Source of the DNA: an uncultured Methanosarcinales archaeon
Lineage (GTDB): Archaea > Halobacteriota > Methanosarcinia > Methanosarcinales > Methanogasteraceae
Direction: 5' to 3'
DNA length: 34,974 bases
NCBI GenBank assembly: GCA_965369365.1
Contig: CBDUQO010000002.1
Span: forward strand, 1-34,974
Part shown: in pieces, positions 1-9,083 of the stretch
Layout of the letters: every line of letters begins with the position of its first letter
How positions within the stretch are numbered: position 1 is the stretch's first letter
Translations under genes and position numbers: made by a program
Notes under the pieces: model-generated
The model's input: only the letters and a program-made list of their open reading frames with translations
Told to the model about the DNA's origin: nothing
Database searches by the model: none

Positions 1-79
1 ACGAATTACGCGTTTGGACGAATGACACAAATTTATTCCAATTTAGCATTCGTGTTATTCGTTTATTCGTGTCATTCGT
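1..79. repeat. Hexamer array ACGAAT/ATTCGT. Two copies on + (1-6, 18-23), then four inverted copies (48-53, 57-62, 65-70, 74-79) at 8-9 bp spacing. Contains an 11-bp inverted repeat, ACGAATGACAC (18-28) / GTGTCATTCGT (69-79). Truncated by the window edge.
   Basis: Direct reading of the sequence; no ORF covers it. Confidence 0.7.
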
Positions 80-175
80 GATCTCTACGCCTCCAATGCC
101 CACCGGCACAATTCATCTTGCGAGCTGCTTGTAACTTGAATTACCATAGAGCCAACTTTATTCTGCTGACGCCGG

Positions 176-209
176 CAGAGATCTGAAAAATCTCTGTCTG
201 ACATTTTTT
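176..209 (+). terminator. Hairpin CAGAGAT-N7-ATCTCTG followed by a T6 run; terminator-like on the + strand.
   Basis: 7-bp perfect stem (176-182 / 190-196), then TTTTTT at 204-209. No + strand ORF precedes it inside the window. Confidence 0.35.
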
Positions 210-393
210 GGGGATGGGTGCCCGATGACATAGACAATGGCAACCCGGCAGACCAAAACATGCAACACCGTATGTCCAGCGATTTTTCCACGTTCCATGC
301 GGTTCTAGTTCTGGCGATTCAGATGGTTTAAGGTCTTACGTGACATAGGTTTAATACAGCATACAGCGATGCTTTTGAGAAGAGGTTTGATAA

Positions 394-1350
394 ATGCCAA
401 CGATACACAGACCACGACGAGGGTCACTTGCATTCAGTCCGAGAAAAAAAGCAAAGAAACCGGTTGCACGGATCAGATCGTGGACCAAAAACGGAACAGA
501 ACCTAAAATACAGAGTTTTGCCGGGTACAAAGTTGGGATGACCCATGTGGTGATGGTCGATGACCACCCAAAACGTTTGACATCAGGTATGGAGATATCG
601 GTGCCGGTAACGATCATCGAGACTCCGCCGATGCGCGCCATCGCAATACACGCTTATTCCCGTGATGAACATTACGGGCTTAAAATGATCTCAGAGGTGC
701 GGGAAGGGAGCGATTACAGCAGTATCGAAGGTGCTCTTGAGGAAGGTATAGTGGACGAGATCCGGATGATCGTACAGGCTATGCCAAAAAGCATCACCGG
801 AGTTCCGAAGAAGACACCTGACTATATGGAGACCATGGTTGCTGGTGGGGACGCTGTCGCACGGTTTGAACATGCAAAATCCCTTCTTGGCATGGAGTAC
901 AACATCACGGACATATTCAACGAGGGCGCTTTCATTGATGTCGTGGCGATCACCACTGGAAAGGGGACCCAGGGTCCTGTGAAGCGATGGGGTGTGCAGC
1001 TCCAGAAGGGCAAGCACAGCCGAACCGGAAAGAAGCGCCACATAGGGAACCTTGGTCCGTGGAAACCATCTTATGTCCGCAGAACTGTGCCGCTGATGGG
1101 GCAGACCGGCTATTATCAGCGTACCGAGTACAACAAACGCATCTTGAAGATCGGGGCTGATGGTGCAGAAGTAATGCCTAATGGTGGATTCATAAACTAT
1201 GGCATCATCAGGAACGGGTACGTGATGTTACAGGGGAGCGTTCCGGGACCATCGAAGCGATTGATCCGGATGAGGCACTGCATACGTGAAAAACCAGCGT
1301 GGGATGCTCCGGTGATCACGCACATCAGTACACAGTCCAAGCAGGGATGA
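394..1350 (+). CDS. rpl3: 50S ribosomal protein uL3 (archaeal L3).
   Basis: N-terminus [31 protein letters not shown] and [13 protein letters not shown] are typical of archaeal L3. Purine-rich GAGAAGAGG sits upstream of the ATG. Confidence 0.95.
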   Translation: MPTIHRPRRGSLAFSPRKKAKKPVARIRSWTKNGTEPKIQSFAGYKVGMTHVVMVDDHPKRLTSGMEISVPVTIIETPPMRAIAIHAYSRDEHYGLKMISEVREGSDYSSIEGALEEGIVDEIRMIVQAMPKSITGVPKKTPDYMETMVAGGDAVARFEHAKSLLGMEYNITDIFNEGAFIDVVAITTGKGTQGPVKRWGVQLQKGKHSRTGKKRHIGNLGPWKPSYVRRTVPLMGQTGYYQRTEYNKRILKIGADGAEVMPNGGFINYGIIRNGYVMLQGSVPGPSKRLIRMRHCIREKPAWDAPVITHISTQSKQG

Positions 1351-2108
1351 TTAAAATGAAGAGCAATGTTTTAAGTTTATCAGGGAGTCCTTTACGGGAG
1401 ATTGAGCTTCCGGGCGTATTTTCTGAGATGTATCGTCCGGATATCATCAAACGAGCAGTTGTTGCTGCGCAGGCAAACCGGAGGCAGCCGTATGGTGTGA
1501 GCGCGTACGCGGGCATGAGAACCTCTGCGCGGTCTCTCGGTTCTGGCAGGGGCATAGCGCAGATACCAAGGCTCGTAAATTCCAACCGTGCCGCACGAGT
1601 TCCGCAGGCAAAGGGCGGCAGGAGAGCACATCCGCCAAAAGCGGAGAAGGACTGGACCGAGAAGATCAACCGGAAGGAGCGAAGGCTTGCTATTAGATCG
1701 GCGATCGCTGCCACAATCAATCCCGCGCTTGTCGCTGCTAGAGGACACCGGGTTGAAGCGGATGTCAAGCTTCCGATCATCGTTGAGGATGCGTTCGAGA
1801 GCCTGACAAAGACCTCCGAGGTCTGCAAGGTGCTGGAGTCGATCAGCGTCTGGGCTGATGTGGTTCGTGCAAAGGACGGAAAGAAGATCCGGGCAGGCAG
1901 AGGAAAACTCAGAGGCAGGAAATACAAGAAGCCAAAGAGCGTCTTGATCGTGGCATCCGATTATCGTGGCATCGAGAAAGCCGCACGCAACCTTTCTGGT
2001 GTGGATATCACGACTTACGACCGATTGAATACCGAGATGCTCGCACCGGGCACGCACGCAGGCAGGCTCATAGTCTGGACCGAGAGCGCGATATCAAAAC
2101 TTGAATAG
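1347..2108 (+). CDS. rpl4: 50S ribosomal protein uL4 (archaeal L4).
   Basis: Motifs [33 protein letters not shown] and [16 protein letters not shown]. The ATG at 1347 overlaps the rpl3 stop (ATGA). The ORF-track start at 1299 lies inside rpl3 and was rejected. Confidence 0.93.
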   Translation: MIKMKSNVLSLSGSPLREIELPGVFSEMYRPDIIKRAVVAAQANRRQPYGVSAYAGMRTSARSLGSGRGIAQIPRLVNSNRAARVPQAKGGRRAHPPKAEKDWTEKINRKERRLAIRSAIAATINPALVAARGHRVEADVKLPIIVEDAFESLTKTSEVCKVLESISVWADVVRAKDGKKIRAGRGKLRGRKYKKPKSVLIVASDYRGIEKAARNLSGVDITTYDRLNTEMLAPGTHAGRLIVWTESAISKLE

Positions 2109-2119
2109 TGTGTTTACGT

Positions 2120-2168
2120 ATCCGGGTATGGCGTGCTTACCTGCAGGCTACCCCGGATTGGTTTTTTT
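2120..2168 (+). terminator. Hairpin plus T7 run downstream of rpl4.
   Basis: ATCCGGGTA (2120-2128) pairs with TACCCCGGAT (2149-2158) with one extra C. TTTTTTT follows at 2162-2168. Confidence 0.55.
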
Positions 2169-2397
2169 CGATGGTATGTGATAGTTGTTAGCAGGTCATA
2201 CATTCGCGTAATTTGTATATCTATATTCTGCTGCTAATTATAAATAAGATATATAATGTAAATTTATATATTTGTGAGAATGCTGCGGATTTGACCATCA
2301 TATTCTGTGAGATAATATCCCTTACCGGAACAGTGCCACATCGGATTAGAAAAAATAGTGGATGTGCCAGATTGATCGACACACCCATCAGGAGGTT

Positions 2398-2664
2398 TTA
2401 CCACCTCTGAACGTATGTAACCAGTTCCCGCTTTGCCTCAAAGTTGTCCTCTAACCTGTCAACCATTTTGGCATATAACGTGTTGAGCGATGGAAATCCC
2501 CAGGGATCCTCGAGATGGTGGATAGCCCATGATGATGCCTGCTTCACATTCATCTGACCATTGTTTACAAAATCCACCGCGTCTTCGGCTATTTTGTCGA
2601 TGCCAGCAAGATCAAGCTCATCAAGCTGCATCTGCACTTTAACGGGTTCAATATGTTCTATCAT
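2398..2664 (-). CDS. Small acidic hypothetical protein (88 aa).
   Basis: Clean ORF with an AGAGGTG Shine-Dalgarno-like site about 6 nt upstream of the ATG. AT-rich sequence flanks both sides. I recognise no family. Confidence 0.5.
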   Translation of the reverse strand: MIEHIEPVKVQMQLDELDLAGIDKIAEDAVDFVNNGQMNVKQASSWAIHHLEDPWGFPSLNTLYAKMVDRLEDNFEAKRELVTYVQRW

Positions 2665-2933
2665 TCATTGCACCTCTTTCTATATTGTAATACTTTATGT
2701 AATATTAGCAACATGAAGTATTACTAAATTCAGTAAACGTATTAATCATATATAAACATTCCCATCCCACCAGCATATCCGGAGCAATGAGAACCCACCA
2801 GTGACATCAAGAACAATACCGACTGAAGCCGCCATTTCAATCCTGAGAATAATACAGTCTCAGCAGATCCTGCATGACGGAGGACTGTCGCCACACCAAT
2901 ATTTACCATTGCCGGACCCCCCACTTTTCGGGT

Positions 2934-3797
2934 TTATGACAACATCCCGCGCAAAAAATCCTCCTGCGTAACCCCCTCACGGCGCGCCATCTTGCGAAGC
3001 ACGTTCTGGATGCCTGTGCCGTACTGTGCCGCTTTCTTTGGAGCCTGCGCAATATCTGCGGGGAGATGCTCTTCAGACGCCTTCCGCAGAATGTATTTTC
3101 GCACATAACCATCTCCTCGGTGGATCTTGAGTCCAACATCGATCTTGCGGGCGAGATCCACCACGTCAGGACAGAGCATCGGCATGCGCAGTTCCACACC
3201 ATTCAGTTGCGCAACCGCCGCATCCCGCACAACCTGATCAGGAAGTGCAAGCAGGTCTTTTTTAAGCTCGCTGTCAAGTCCACCGTCATCAAATGCCTGT
3301 TCGTATCGCTTATACCCTGCAAACAACTCGTCTGCGCCCTGCCCGGTCATCAGCACCGAATCTCCGCGGACATGCGCACATCTTGATACAAAGTACATGC
3401 ACAGACCGATCCCGACCGCAACCGGACTTGTGCTTTCGATTGCGCGCATCACATGCGGGATCGCGGACTCAATGTCTGCCGGGGCACACTCGCAGATGTG
3501 CAGCCGGTCGCGCAGTCCAAGCAGTGTTGCTGCCCGTTCTGCCTGTTTTATGTCGTATGAACCGCTCATCCCGATTGTATACAACTTAATCCAGGGGTTC
3601 ATCGATGCCGCAACAGATGCGATGAGCGCACTGTCGATGCCACCAGAAAACGCGACGCCATCGCAGTCAGGCATACATAACCGCACAGAATCACGGATGC
3701 GGTTAATGAGCTTATGTGCAATCTTAGTTTCTAATTCAGGTTCGGACACAGCTTCTGATTCAGGTATGTGTCCCGGGTTATTGTTGTGCCACGTCAT
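2934..3797 (-). CDS. Asparagine synthase C-terminal domain-like PP-loop ATPase, with no glutaminase domain.
   Basis: PP-loop AFSGGIDSALIA and the AsnB-type TGQGADELFAGYKRY motif. At 287 aa it lacks an N-terminal GATase-2 domain. Confidence 0.8.
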   Translation of the reverse strand: MTWHNNNPGHIPESEAVSEPELETKIAHKLINRIRDSVRLCMPDCDGVAFSGGIDSALIASVAASMNPWIKLYTIGMSGSYDIKQAERAATLLGLRDRLHICECAPADIESAIPHVMRAIESTSPVAVGIGLCMYFVSRCAHVRGDSVLMTGQGADELFAGYKRYEQAFDDGGLDSELKKDLLALPDQVVRDAAVAQLNGVELRMPMLCPDVVDLARKIDVGLKIHRGDGYVRKYILRKASEEHLPADIAQAPKKAAQYGTGIQNVLRKMARREGVTQEDFLRGMLS

Positions 3798-3814
3798 CTT
3801 TAGCTCACATCACG

Positions 3815-4495
3815 CTATCTTACACCGCTCACAATCTGAACCGTGTTATATGAGCGAACTGATTTTTTGATATAATTGAACCCCGCATCCCGGATCATCG
3901 AGGATAAATCCCTTTTAATGAAGTCTTTCGCGGTTTCTCCTTCCACAAACATCCAGATAGTGAACAGGCATCGGATCAGTTTATTTGTAGGATATGAATA
4001 ATCAAGGACCGCGATCGTCCCGCCCGGCTTTATAACCCTCCGCATCTCGCAAAGCACGTTCATCCGCACCGGATACGGCATCTCATGCAAGCCGAACGTT
4101 ATTGATGCGCAGTCAAAATATCCGTCGTCGTAAGGAATCTCCTCTGCATTCGAGAGGCAGAACCGTATATTATCGTTTTCTCTTTTTCTCTTCTCTGCTT
4201 TTTTAAGCATCTTTTCGGACAGATCAATGCCAACCACCGCGCCACCCGCCCCGACCACATCCGCAATCCTCGCACACATCACACCGGTGCCGCAGCATAC
4301 GTCCAGAACCTTTTTGCCTGATGTTGCGCCCATCTCGTTGATGACAGATGCCCACATCACCTCCAGACCCTTCGCTCCGCCGATGAAGAAGGAAAGAAAT
4401 CGGACAAGAGGGTCATACATGAATGCAATCCGATCGCAATCGTTCCTGTAATGCTTCGGTTTTCTCACATCCCGAATTGTGCACCGCGGGGGCAT
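3815..4495 (-). CDS. Class I SAM-dependent methyltransferase (UbiE/COQ5-like).
   Basis: Motif I VLDVCCGTG, GIDLSEKML, FDCASITFGLHEMP and IKPGGTIAVLD. I prefer the ATG at 4495, because the longer GTG start at 4630 would overlap the divergent gene. The start remains uncertain. Confidence 0.78.
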   Translation of the reverse strand: MPPRCTIRDVRKPKHYRNDCDRIAFMYDPLVRFLSFFIGGAKGLEVMWASVINEMGATSGKKVLDVCCGTGVMCARIADVVGAGGAVVGIDLSEKMLKKAEKRKRENDNIRFCLSNAEEIPYDDGYFDCASITFGLHEMPYPVRMNVLCEMRRVIKPGGTIAVLDYSYPTNKLIRCLFTIWMFVEGETAKDFIKRDLSSMIRDAGFNYIKKSVRSYNTVQIVSGVR

Positions 4496-4564
4496 ATAAT
4501 TAACCCGCGCAAAAACCGCCGATCCGCACAAATAATAATCACCGTTAAGCCCGAATGATCTGTT

Positions 4565-5299
4565 ATGCTCCAACGCATCTACGAGCGCATCTATGAATAC
4601 CGGCTGCACTCCCGGGTCATCAGACACCACATGCCTGCCGGACTGACGCTCGTGATGACCGAGAGCGATATTTCCACACCAGCCGGGATCGAAAAACTAC
4701 GATCCTTTGTTTTGTGGTGCGCAGATCTCGGTATCGAATCACTCATCATATACATCGCTGTGACGATAAACGATAGTCTGAAAGAGGATGCAACCTCGCA
4801 GATCGTTGATAGACTGGATAAAACCGATCTGATTGCAAGGATGTATGTCAGGGATGATTCAGGGGCAAGAATGATCTCTACTATAGACCACAGCAAGGAT
4901 CGAGGTGGGCACAAGGACATCGATGTGGGTATGGATATGGACGTTGATATGGCTGGGCGAGTGGATGTGGATTGCAGGGTCAAACTTGATATCTCAATAG
5001 GGTATGGGGGGAAACTTGAGCTTACCGATGCGATAAAAGATATTTTAAAGAAGGTGGAGTCTGGAGAAACTAATCTTAATGACATTAATACGGATATGAT
5101 TGAATCTCACCTTGTTTTTAAACATAAACCGGATCTGGTCATTCGTGCGGGTGGAAAGTCTCTAACCGATTTTTTGATATGGCAAACGATATACTCTGAA
5201 TTATATTTTACAGATGTGAATTTCGCTGAGATACGAAGACTGGACTTCTTACGGGTTATACGGGATTATCAGAAACGTCAGCGAAGATATGGGCGGTGA
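4565..5299 (+). CDS. Cis-prenyltransferase (UppS)-family protein lacking the N-terminal catalytic motif; possible non-catalytic NgBR/Nus1-like partner subunit.
   Basis: The C-terminal half is UppS-like: IRAGGKSLTDFLIWQTIYSELYF, ending QRRYGR (RxG). The archaeal UppS-like N-terminus IYERIYEYRL is followed by LTLVMTESD where IMDGNRR is expected. Confidence 0.72.
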   Translation: MLQRIYERIYEYRLHSRVIRHHMPAGLTLVMTESDISTPAGIEKLRSFVLWCADLGIESLIIYIAVTINDSLKEDATSQIVDRLDKTDLIARMYVRDDSGARMISTIDHSKDRGGHKDIDVGMDMDVDMAGRVDVDCRVKLDISIGYGGKLELTDAIKDILKKVESGETNLNDINTDMIESHLVFKHKPDLVIRAGGKSLTDFLIWQTIYSELYFTDVNFAEIRRLDFLRVIRDYQKRQRRYGR

Positions 5300-5376
5300 A
5301 GTAATCAGGAGACTGAACATGACGAGGATTTCTATCCTGAATCAGGCAAGTGACTGGCAGCAAGACTCGGGTGCAG

Positions 5377-6078
5377 TTACCCCTGGTGATCCGGACCATG
5401 CCAGACCAGCGGGCTTAGCAGATAACACCCAACTAGCCCTGCGAGAATCCATGCAAACCAGTCGTAAAATCCACCATAGTGTGCGAGGATTGCGAGAACA
5501 AACGCAATTGCAAGCGGTACCAGTATCTTGACTGATCTGACCTTCGGATACGGTATATTGCTAACCATTAGCACCGATAATCCCGCAAACACACCGGTCA
5601 TCACGTACTGAGAATAATAAATATAATCAATTAAATATAACAATAGCGCAGCGAATGTGCCGGCAGCGGTGATCGGAAGCCCGCGAAACTCATCGTCATC
5701 CAATATCCCGAATCTGGAGAGCCGGAGCACTCCGCAGACAAGATATGCGGCAGAGAAGACACATGCAGTCATGTGATGATCTGTGCCTGCCATTGTGTAA
5801 TAGATGAGTGCAGGGACTACCCCAAACGAGATTACGTCTGCAAACGAGTCAAGGTGCTCGCCCATAACTCCCAGTTCAACACGTCTTGCAACGGCGCCGT
5901 CCACGCCGTCTGCGAGCGCAGCAGCCAAAATCATGATTGCAGCGCTGCGCGGATCGCCGTTTAGTAGATACAAGATGGCGGTGAATCCAAACAGTACATT
6001 TAAAATCGTAATCAGGTCTGGCAAGCGAACCAGCCTCAGTATATTCAGGTCAGTCCCATCACGGATGTGTTCATTCAT
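5377..6078 (-). CDS. pssA: CDP-alcohol phosphatidyltransferase; archaetidylserine synthase-type.
   Basis: Motif DGVDGAVARRVELGVMGEHLDSFADVISFG matches D-G-x2-A-R-x8-G-x3-D-x3-D. Multi-TM protein adjacent to and overlapping psd. Confidence 0.85.
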   Translation of the reverse strand: MNEHIRDGTDLNILRLVRLPDLITILNVLFGFTAILYLLNGDPRSAAIMILAAALADGVDGAVARRVELGVMGEHLDSFADVISFGVVPALIYYTMAGTDHHMTACVFSAAYLVCGVLRLSRFGILDDDEFRGLPITAAGTFAALLLYLIDYIYYSQYVMTGVFAGLSVLMVSNIPYPKVRSVKILVPLAIAFVLAILAHYGGFYDWFAWILAGLVGCYLLSPLVWHGPDHQG

Positions 6079-6718
6079 CGCTACTCGTTCCCGACATTTT
6101 TATGGCGATTATGGTCTCGCCAGCGCGCACCTTGTCCCCTTTACGTATAACCGGCTCAAACCCCGGTGGTATGGTCATGTCTACCCTTGAACCGAATCGG
6201 ATCATGCCAACACGCCCGCCCCGCCGCACGAAATCGCCTTCTGCGACATACGGGACGATTCTACGTGTTATCGTTCCGGCGATCTGAGTGACTATGCATT
6301 CAAATCCATCATTTTCGATAACGATCTCGTTCCGCTCGTTTCTGAGTGAATCCTTCGTGAAAGCTGGGATATGACTCCCTTTTGTATACCGGATTGCTTT
6401 GATCCTGCCAGAAATCGGCGCCCTGTTGACATGCACGTCATGAAAGTTCATGAAGATCTGTACCGCACCATTTTTGATCGCCATGACCCTGCCATCAGCA
6501 GGCGCAAGCATTGCGCAATCGCCATGAATGCCGGGATACGTGCTCGGTGTGCGGTGCGGATCCCGGAAAAATCCGATAAAGAATATCGTCAGCAAAATGA
6601 AGACGTAAGTAACGGTTCGCATCCGTTCATCGACACTGATAAGCAAAGCTGACGCCAGGGCACAGAACGCTGCCGAGACGATCCACCTGATCGAGCCTTC
6701 TGCAAGCCGAATCATCAC
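6071..6718 (-). CDS. psd: Archaetidylserine/phosphatidylserine decarboxylase proenzyme (short Asd type).
   Basis: N-terminal TM segments, then NFHDVHVNRAPISG and MIRFGSRVD (GS self-cleavage site). The GTG start overlaps the artA stop (GTGA), and its end overlaps the pssA start. Confidence 0.85.
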   Translation of the reverse strand: MMIRLAEGSIRWIVSAAFCALASALLISVDERMRTVTYVFILLTIFFIGFFRDPHRTPSTYPGIHGDCAMLAPADGRVMAIKNGAVQIFMNFHDVHVNRAPISGRIKAIRYTKGSHIPAFTKDSLRNERNEIVIENDGFECIVTQIAGTITRRIVPYVAEGDFVRRGGRVGMIRFGSRVDMTIPPGFEPVIRKGDKVRAGETIIAIKMSGTSSDE

Positions 6719-7659
6719 AGCCCATCCTCATGCTTATTGCGAGTGGTTATAGTGGTTAAGTATCTGCGCACGATCGCAAATAGCTGATCGATTACATCCA
6801 GCAGTTCCGGAAGCACCCTCAACACGACATAAGCGATCACGAAGAGCGCGATTCCGGAACCGATCTTTGCGATGACGTGGTGCGCAATCGCAAAACTAAT
6901 AAAATCGATATCAATATTATTGATGTCATAACTATACCAAAGCCATTGATTTAACCATTGAACCAATTGGTACTGGTATTGGTATAACCATCGAAACCAT
7001 TGATATCCAAAAGCAACAACAACAAACGCATCTCTTATCAGATTCAGCCCATAAATCACTGGAATCGAAGCGATAAACGCAACAATGGTTCTTTTCGCAG
7101 AAGCGCGCACACAAAATATCAATCCGATGAATATTGCGATGCTTTCGATTGCAGTGCATGCGAAAATAATTGTGACCTGATATCCATTGAGTTTGATCAC
7201 ATCCTCGATCATCGATTCTTCCCCAAGTGTCAGTTCTGCCGGCACGTTGAACGCATGCAGGAGATAAACGACCTGTTCTGCGACTGCCGAAATCAGGAAC
7301 GTGTTGAGAAACTCTATTTTGGCAAACGGATAGTAAAACAGACCGCCAAGCGCTGCAGCAGTTGTTAGCGTCAGGAGAATGTCCCCGTCGTCCATGTTAT
7401 GCTTATAATTCCGGTACATCACATGGGCAATGATCATGCAGAAGACCGATACTGCCAGCACCAGCAGGACGTTTACGTAATCACCGATCTCGATATAATG
7501 CGCCGGCTGGATTAGCCAGTGGATTGCAAAGAAGCCCCAACCCATGGATCCTGCAAGAAATCGGTACTTCCGGCGTTGTCCGGGCAGTGCCGACGCTGTG
7601 ATCAAGAGTATGAGTGCCGCCCAGAGTGCATGTTCAATTATTGTAGTCACCCTCTTCAA
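6715..7659 (-). CDS. artA: Archaeosortase (exosortase/archaeosortase family), ArtA-like.
   Basis: Polytopic membrane protein with FACTAIES (Cys168), GLNLIRD (Arg209; Cys-Arg spacing of 41 aa as I recall for Haloferax ArtA) and AIAHH. Linked to pssA/psd. Confidence 0.72.
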   Translation of the reverse strand: MKRVTTIIEHALWAALILLITASALPGQRRKYRFLAGSMGWGFFAIHWLIQPAHYIEIGDYVNVLLVLAVSVFCMIIAHVMYRNYKHNMDDGDILLTLTTAAALGGLFYYPFAKIEFLNTFLISAVAEQVVYLLHAFNVPAELTLGEESMIEDVIKLNGYQVTIIFACTAIESIAIFIGLIFCVRASAKRTIVAFIASIPVIYGLNLIRDAFVVVAFGYQWFRWLYQYQYQLVQWLNQWLWYSYDINNIDIDFISFAIAHHVIAKIGSGIALFVIAYVVLRVLPELLDVIDQLFAIVRRYLTTITTRNKHEDGL

Positions 7660-7701
7660 TTAAATTAGGTGGTGTTATTTGATATATTAATCTTTCATCA
7701 G

Positions 7702-8175
7702 TCAGATAAGGAAATCTGCAATCCGATCCGCGATTATCCTTCTGCAGTACATGCAGTGCAGTTCAACCCCCCCATTACGATATATCGTAAACCGCGGTTT
7801 AACCGGCTCATCGGTGTTTGTGATGCAGTTTGGGTTCATACACCGGACTACTCCCTCGATCTCTGATGGAAGAACCACCTTGTACTTTTCCACGACCTTG
7901 TAGTCGCGTATGATGTTGATAATCGCATCAGGGGAAATTAATGCTATTTCATCAACTTCTCCGGGATCCAATTCTCGATCTTCGATCTTAACAATATCTT
8001 TCTTCCGATCAGAGACGTTCATGACCACGCTCATCACCTCCGTCGGTCGGTCGGTGATGCCCAGTATGCGCAGCACATTCAGCGCCTGCCCTGCAGCGAT
8101 ATGATCGATCACCGTGCCATTTCGGATTCTCCGAACTCGCAGTTCCTGGTTTTCAGGCTGGTTTTCCGGTTTCAT
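7702..8175 (-). CDS. pyrI: Aspartate carbamoyltransferase regulatory chain.
   Basis: RVRRIRNGTVIDHI, a C-terminal Zn site (CMNPNCIT ... LHCMYC), and a 4-nt overlap with the pyrB stop. Confidence 0.92.
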   Translation of the reverse strand: MKPENQPENQELRVRRIRNGTVIDHIAAGQALNVLRILGITDRPTEVMSVVMNVSDRKKDIVKIEDRELDPGEVDEIALISPDAIINIIRDYKVVEKYKVVLPSEIEGVVRCMNPNCITNTDEPVKPRFTIYRNGGVELHCMYCRRIIADRIADFLI

Positions 8176-9083
8176 TTCATCACCATCGAGAGAATCGCCA
8201 TGCGCACAGGCACGCCATAGAACGATTGTTTGAAGTATACTGCATGTCTGCTTTTGTCAACCCCCGGATCGATCTCGCCCACTCTTGGGAGTGGGTGCAT
8301 GATGATCAGATCGTCTTTTACGTCCTTTAACGTCTCTTCTGTTATTTTATAGCTCCCGGCGACTGCCTGATACTCGCCCGGGTCAGGGAACCGCTCCTTC
8401 TGTATCCTTGTGACATACAACACGTCCACCACGCCAAGAACGTCATCCATATTTCCAGTTTCCATGATTCTTGCCCCTTTGTTTGCCAGGTCACGTTTCA
8501 TCGAATCAGGCATCCGCAATTGATCTGGTGAGACAAGGTATATCTCAGCGTTGTACATGGAAAGCGCATGTGCAAGTGAATAAACAGTTCTACCATACTT
8601 AAGATCCCCAACAATTGCGATCTTCACTTTATTCAGTTTACTTTCCTTTCGTATCGTGTACAGGTCCAGAAGCGTCTGTGTCGGATGCTGTCCTGCGCCA
8701 TCGCCGGCATTTATAACCGGAACTGACGAGAATTCAGACGCCATCCGTGCTGCACCCTCTCTCGGGTGTCGCAGAACGATTGCATCGGCATACCCCCCCA
8801 TAACTGAGATGGTGTCTGCAAGGTTCTCGCCCTTCGCAACCGCCGACCCGTCAGTCGGACCGAGATCGATGACACCACCTCCAAGCCGTTTCATCGCTAC
8901 ATCGAACGAAAGCCGGGTTCTGGTGCTCGGTTCGTAGAATAGCGTCGCAAGTATTCTGCCAGCCAGAATATCAGACACTCCGCCGTGTGCAATCGGCTCG
9001 AGTTGCGCGGCATGGTCTAAAATCCGGTCGATCTCACCGCGCGAAAAACTTTGTATATTAATGATATGTTGTATTGGATTCAC
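8172..9083 (-). CDS. pyrB: Aspartate carbamoyltransferase catalytic chain (GTG start).
   Basis: Motifs STRTRLSF, HPTQ and HPLPR. Confidence 0.95.
   Translation of the reverse strand: MNPIQHIINIQSFSRGEIDRILDHAAQLEPIAHGGVSDILAGRILATLFYEPSTRTRLSFDVAMKRLGGGVIDLGPTDGSAVAKGENLADTISVMGGYADAIVLRHPREGAARMASEFSSVPVINAGDGAGQHPTQTLLDLYTIRKESKLNKVKIAIVGDLKYGRTVYSLAHALSMYNAEIYLVSPDQLRMPDSMKRDLANKGARIMETGNMDDVLGVVDVLYVTRIQKERFPDPGEYQAVAGSYKITEETLKDVKDDLIIMHPLPRVGEIDPGVDKSRHAVYFKQSFYGVPVRMAILSMVMK

Noticed and set aside
1325-2057. Long antisense ORFs within rpl4 (1325..1927, 1392..2057). Similar shadow ORFs lie opposite glmS, glmM, cooS, the atwA-like gene, pepQ and others.
   Set aside because: They lie opposite genes with strong motif support, have Arg/Ser/Pro/Cys-rich shadow-frame composition, and show no family resemblance.
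2213-2410. 65-aa ORF in the AT-rich island after rpl4.
   Set aside because: Its Ile/Leu/Tyr/Asn low-complexity translation is driven by AT-richness. It has no ribosome-binding site and overlaps the 3' end of the convergent 88-aa gene.
2742-2924. 60-aa ORF between the 88-aa gene and the AsnB-like gene.
   Set aside because: It has no ribosome-binding site, a Gly/Ser/Leu-rich featureless sequence, and lies in what is more simply the promoter/terminator spacer.
4496-4630. Longer GTG-initiated version of the methyltransferase, overlapping the divergent UppS-like gene by 66 nt.
   Set aside because: The UppS-like N-terminus from 4565 matches the usual archaeal UppS leader (IYE..YRL). The methyltransferase core needs only the ATG at 4495, and head-to-head coding overlap is unlikely. 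This is not fully excluded.
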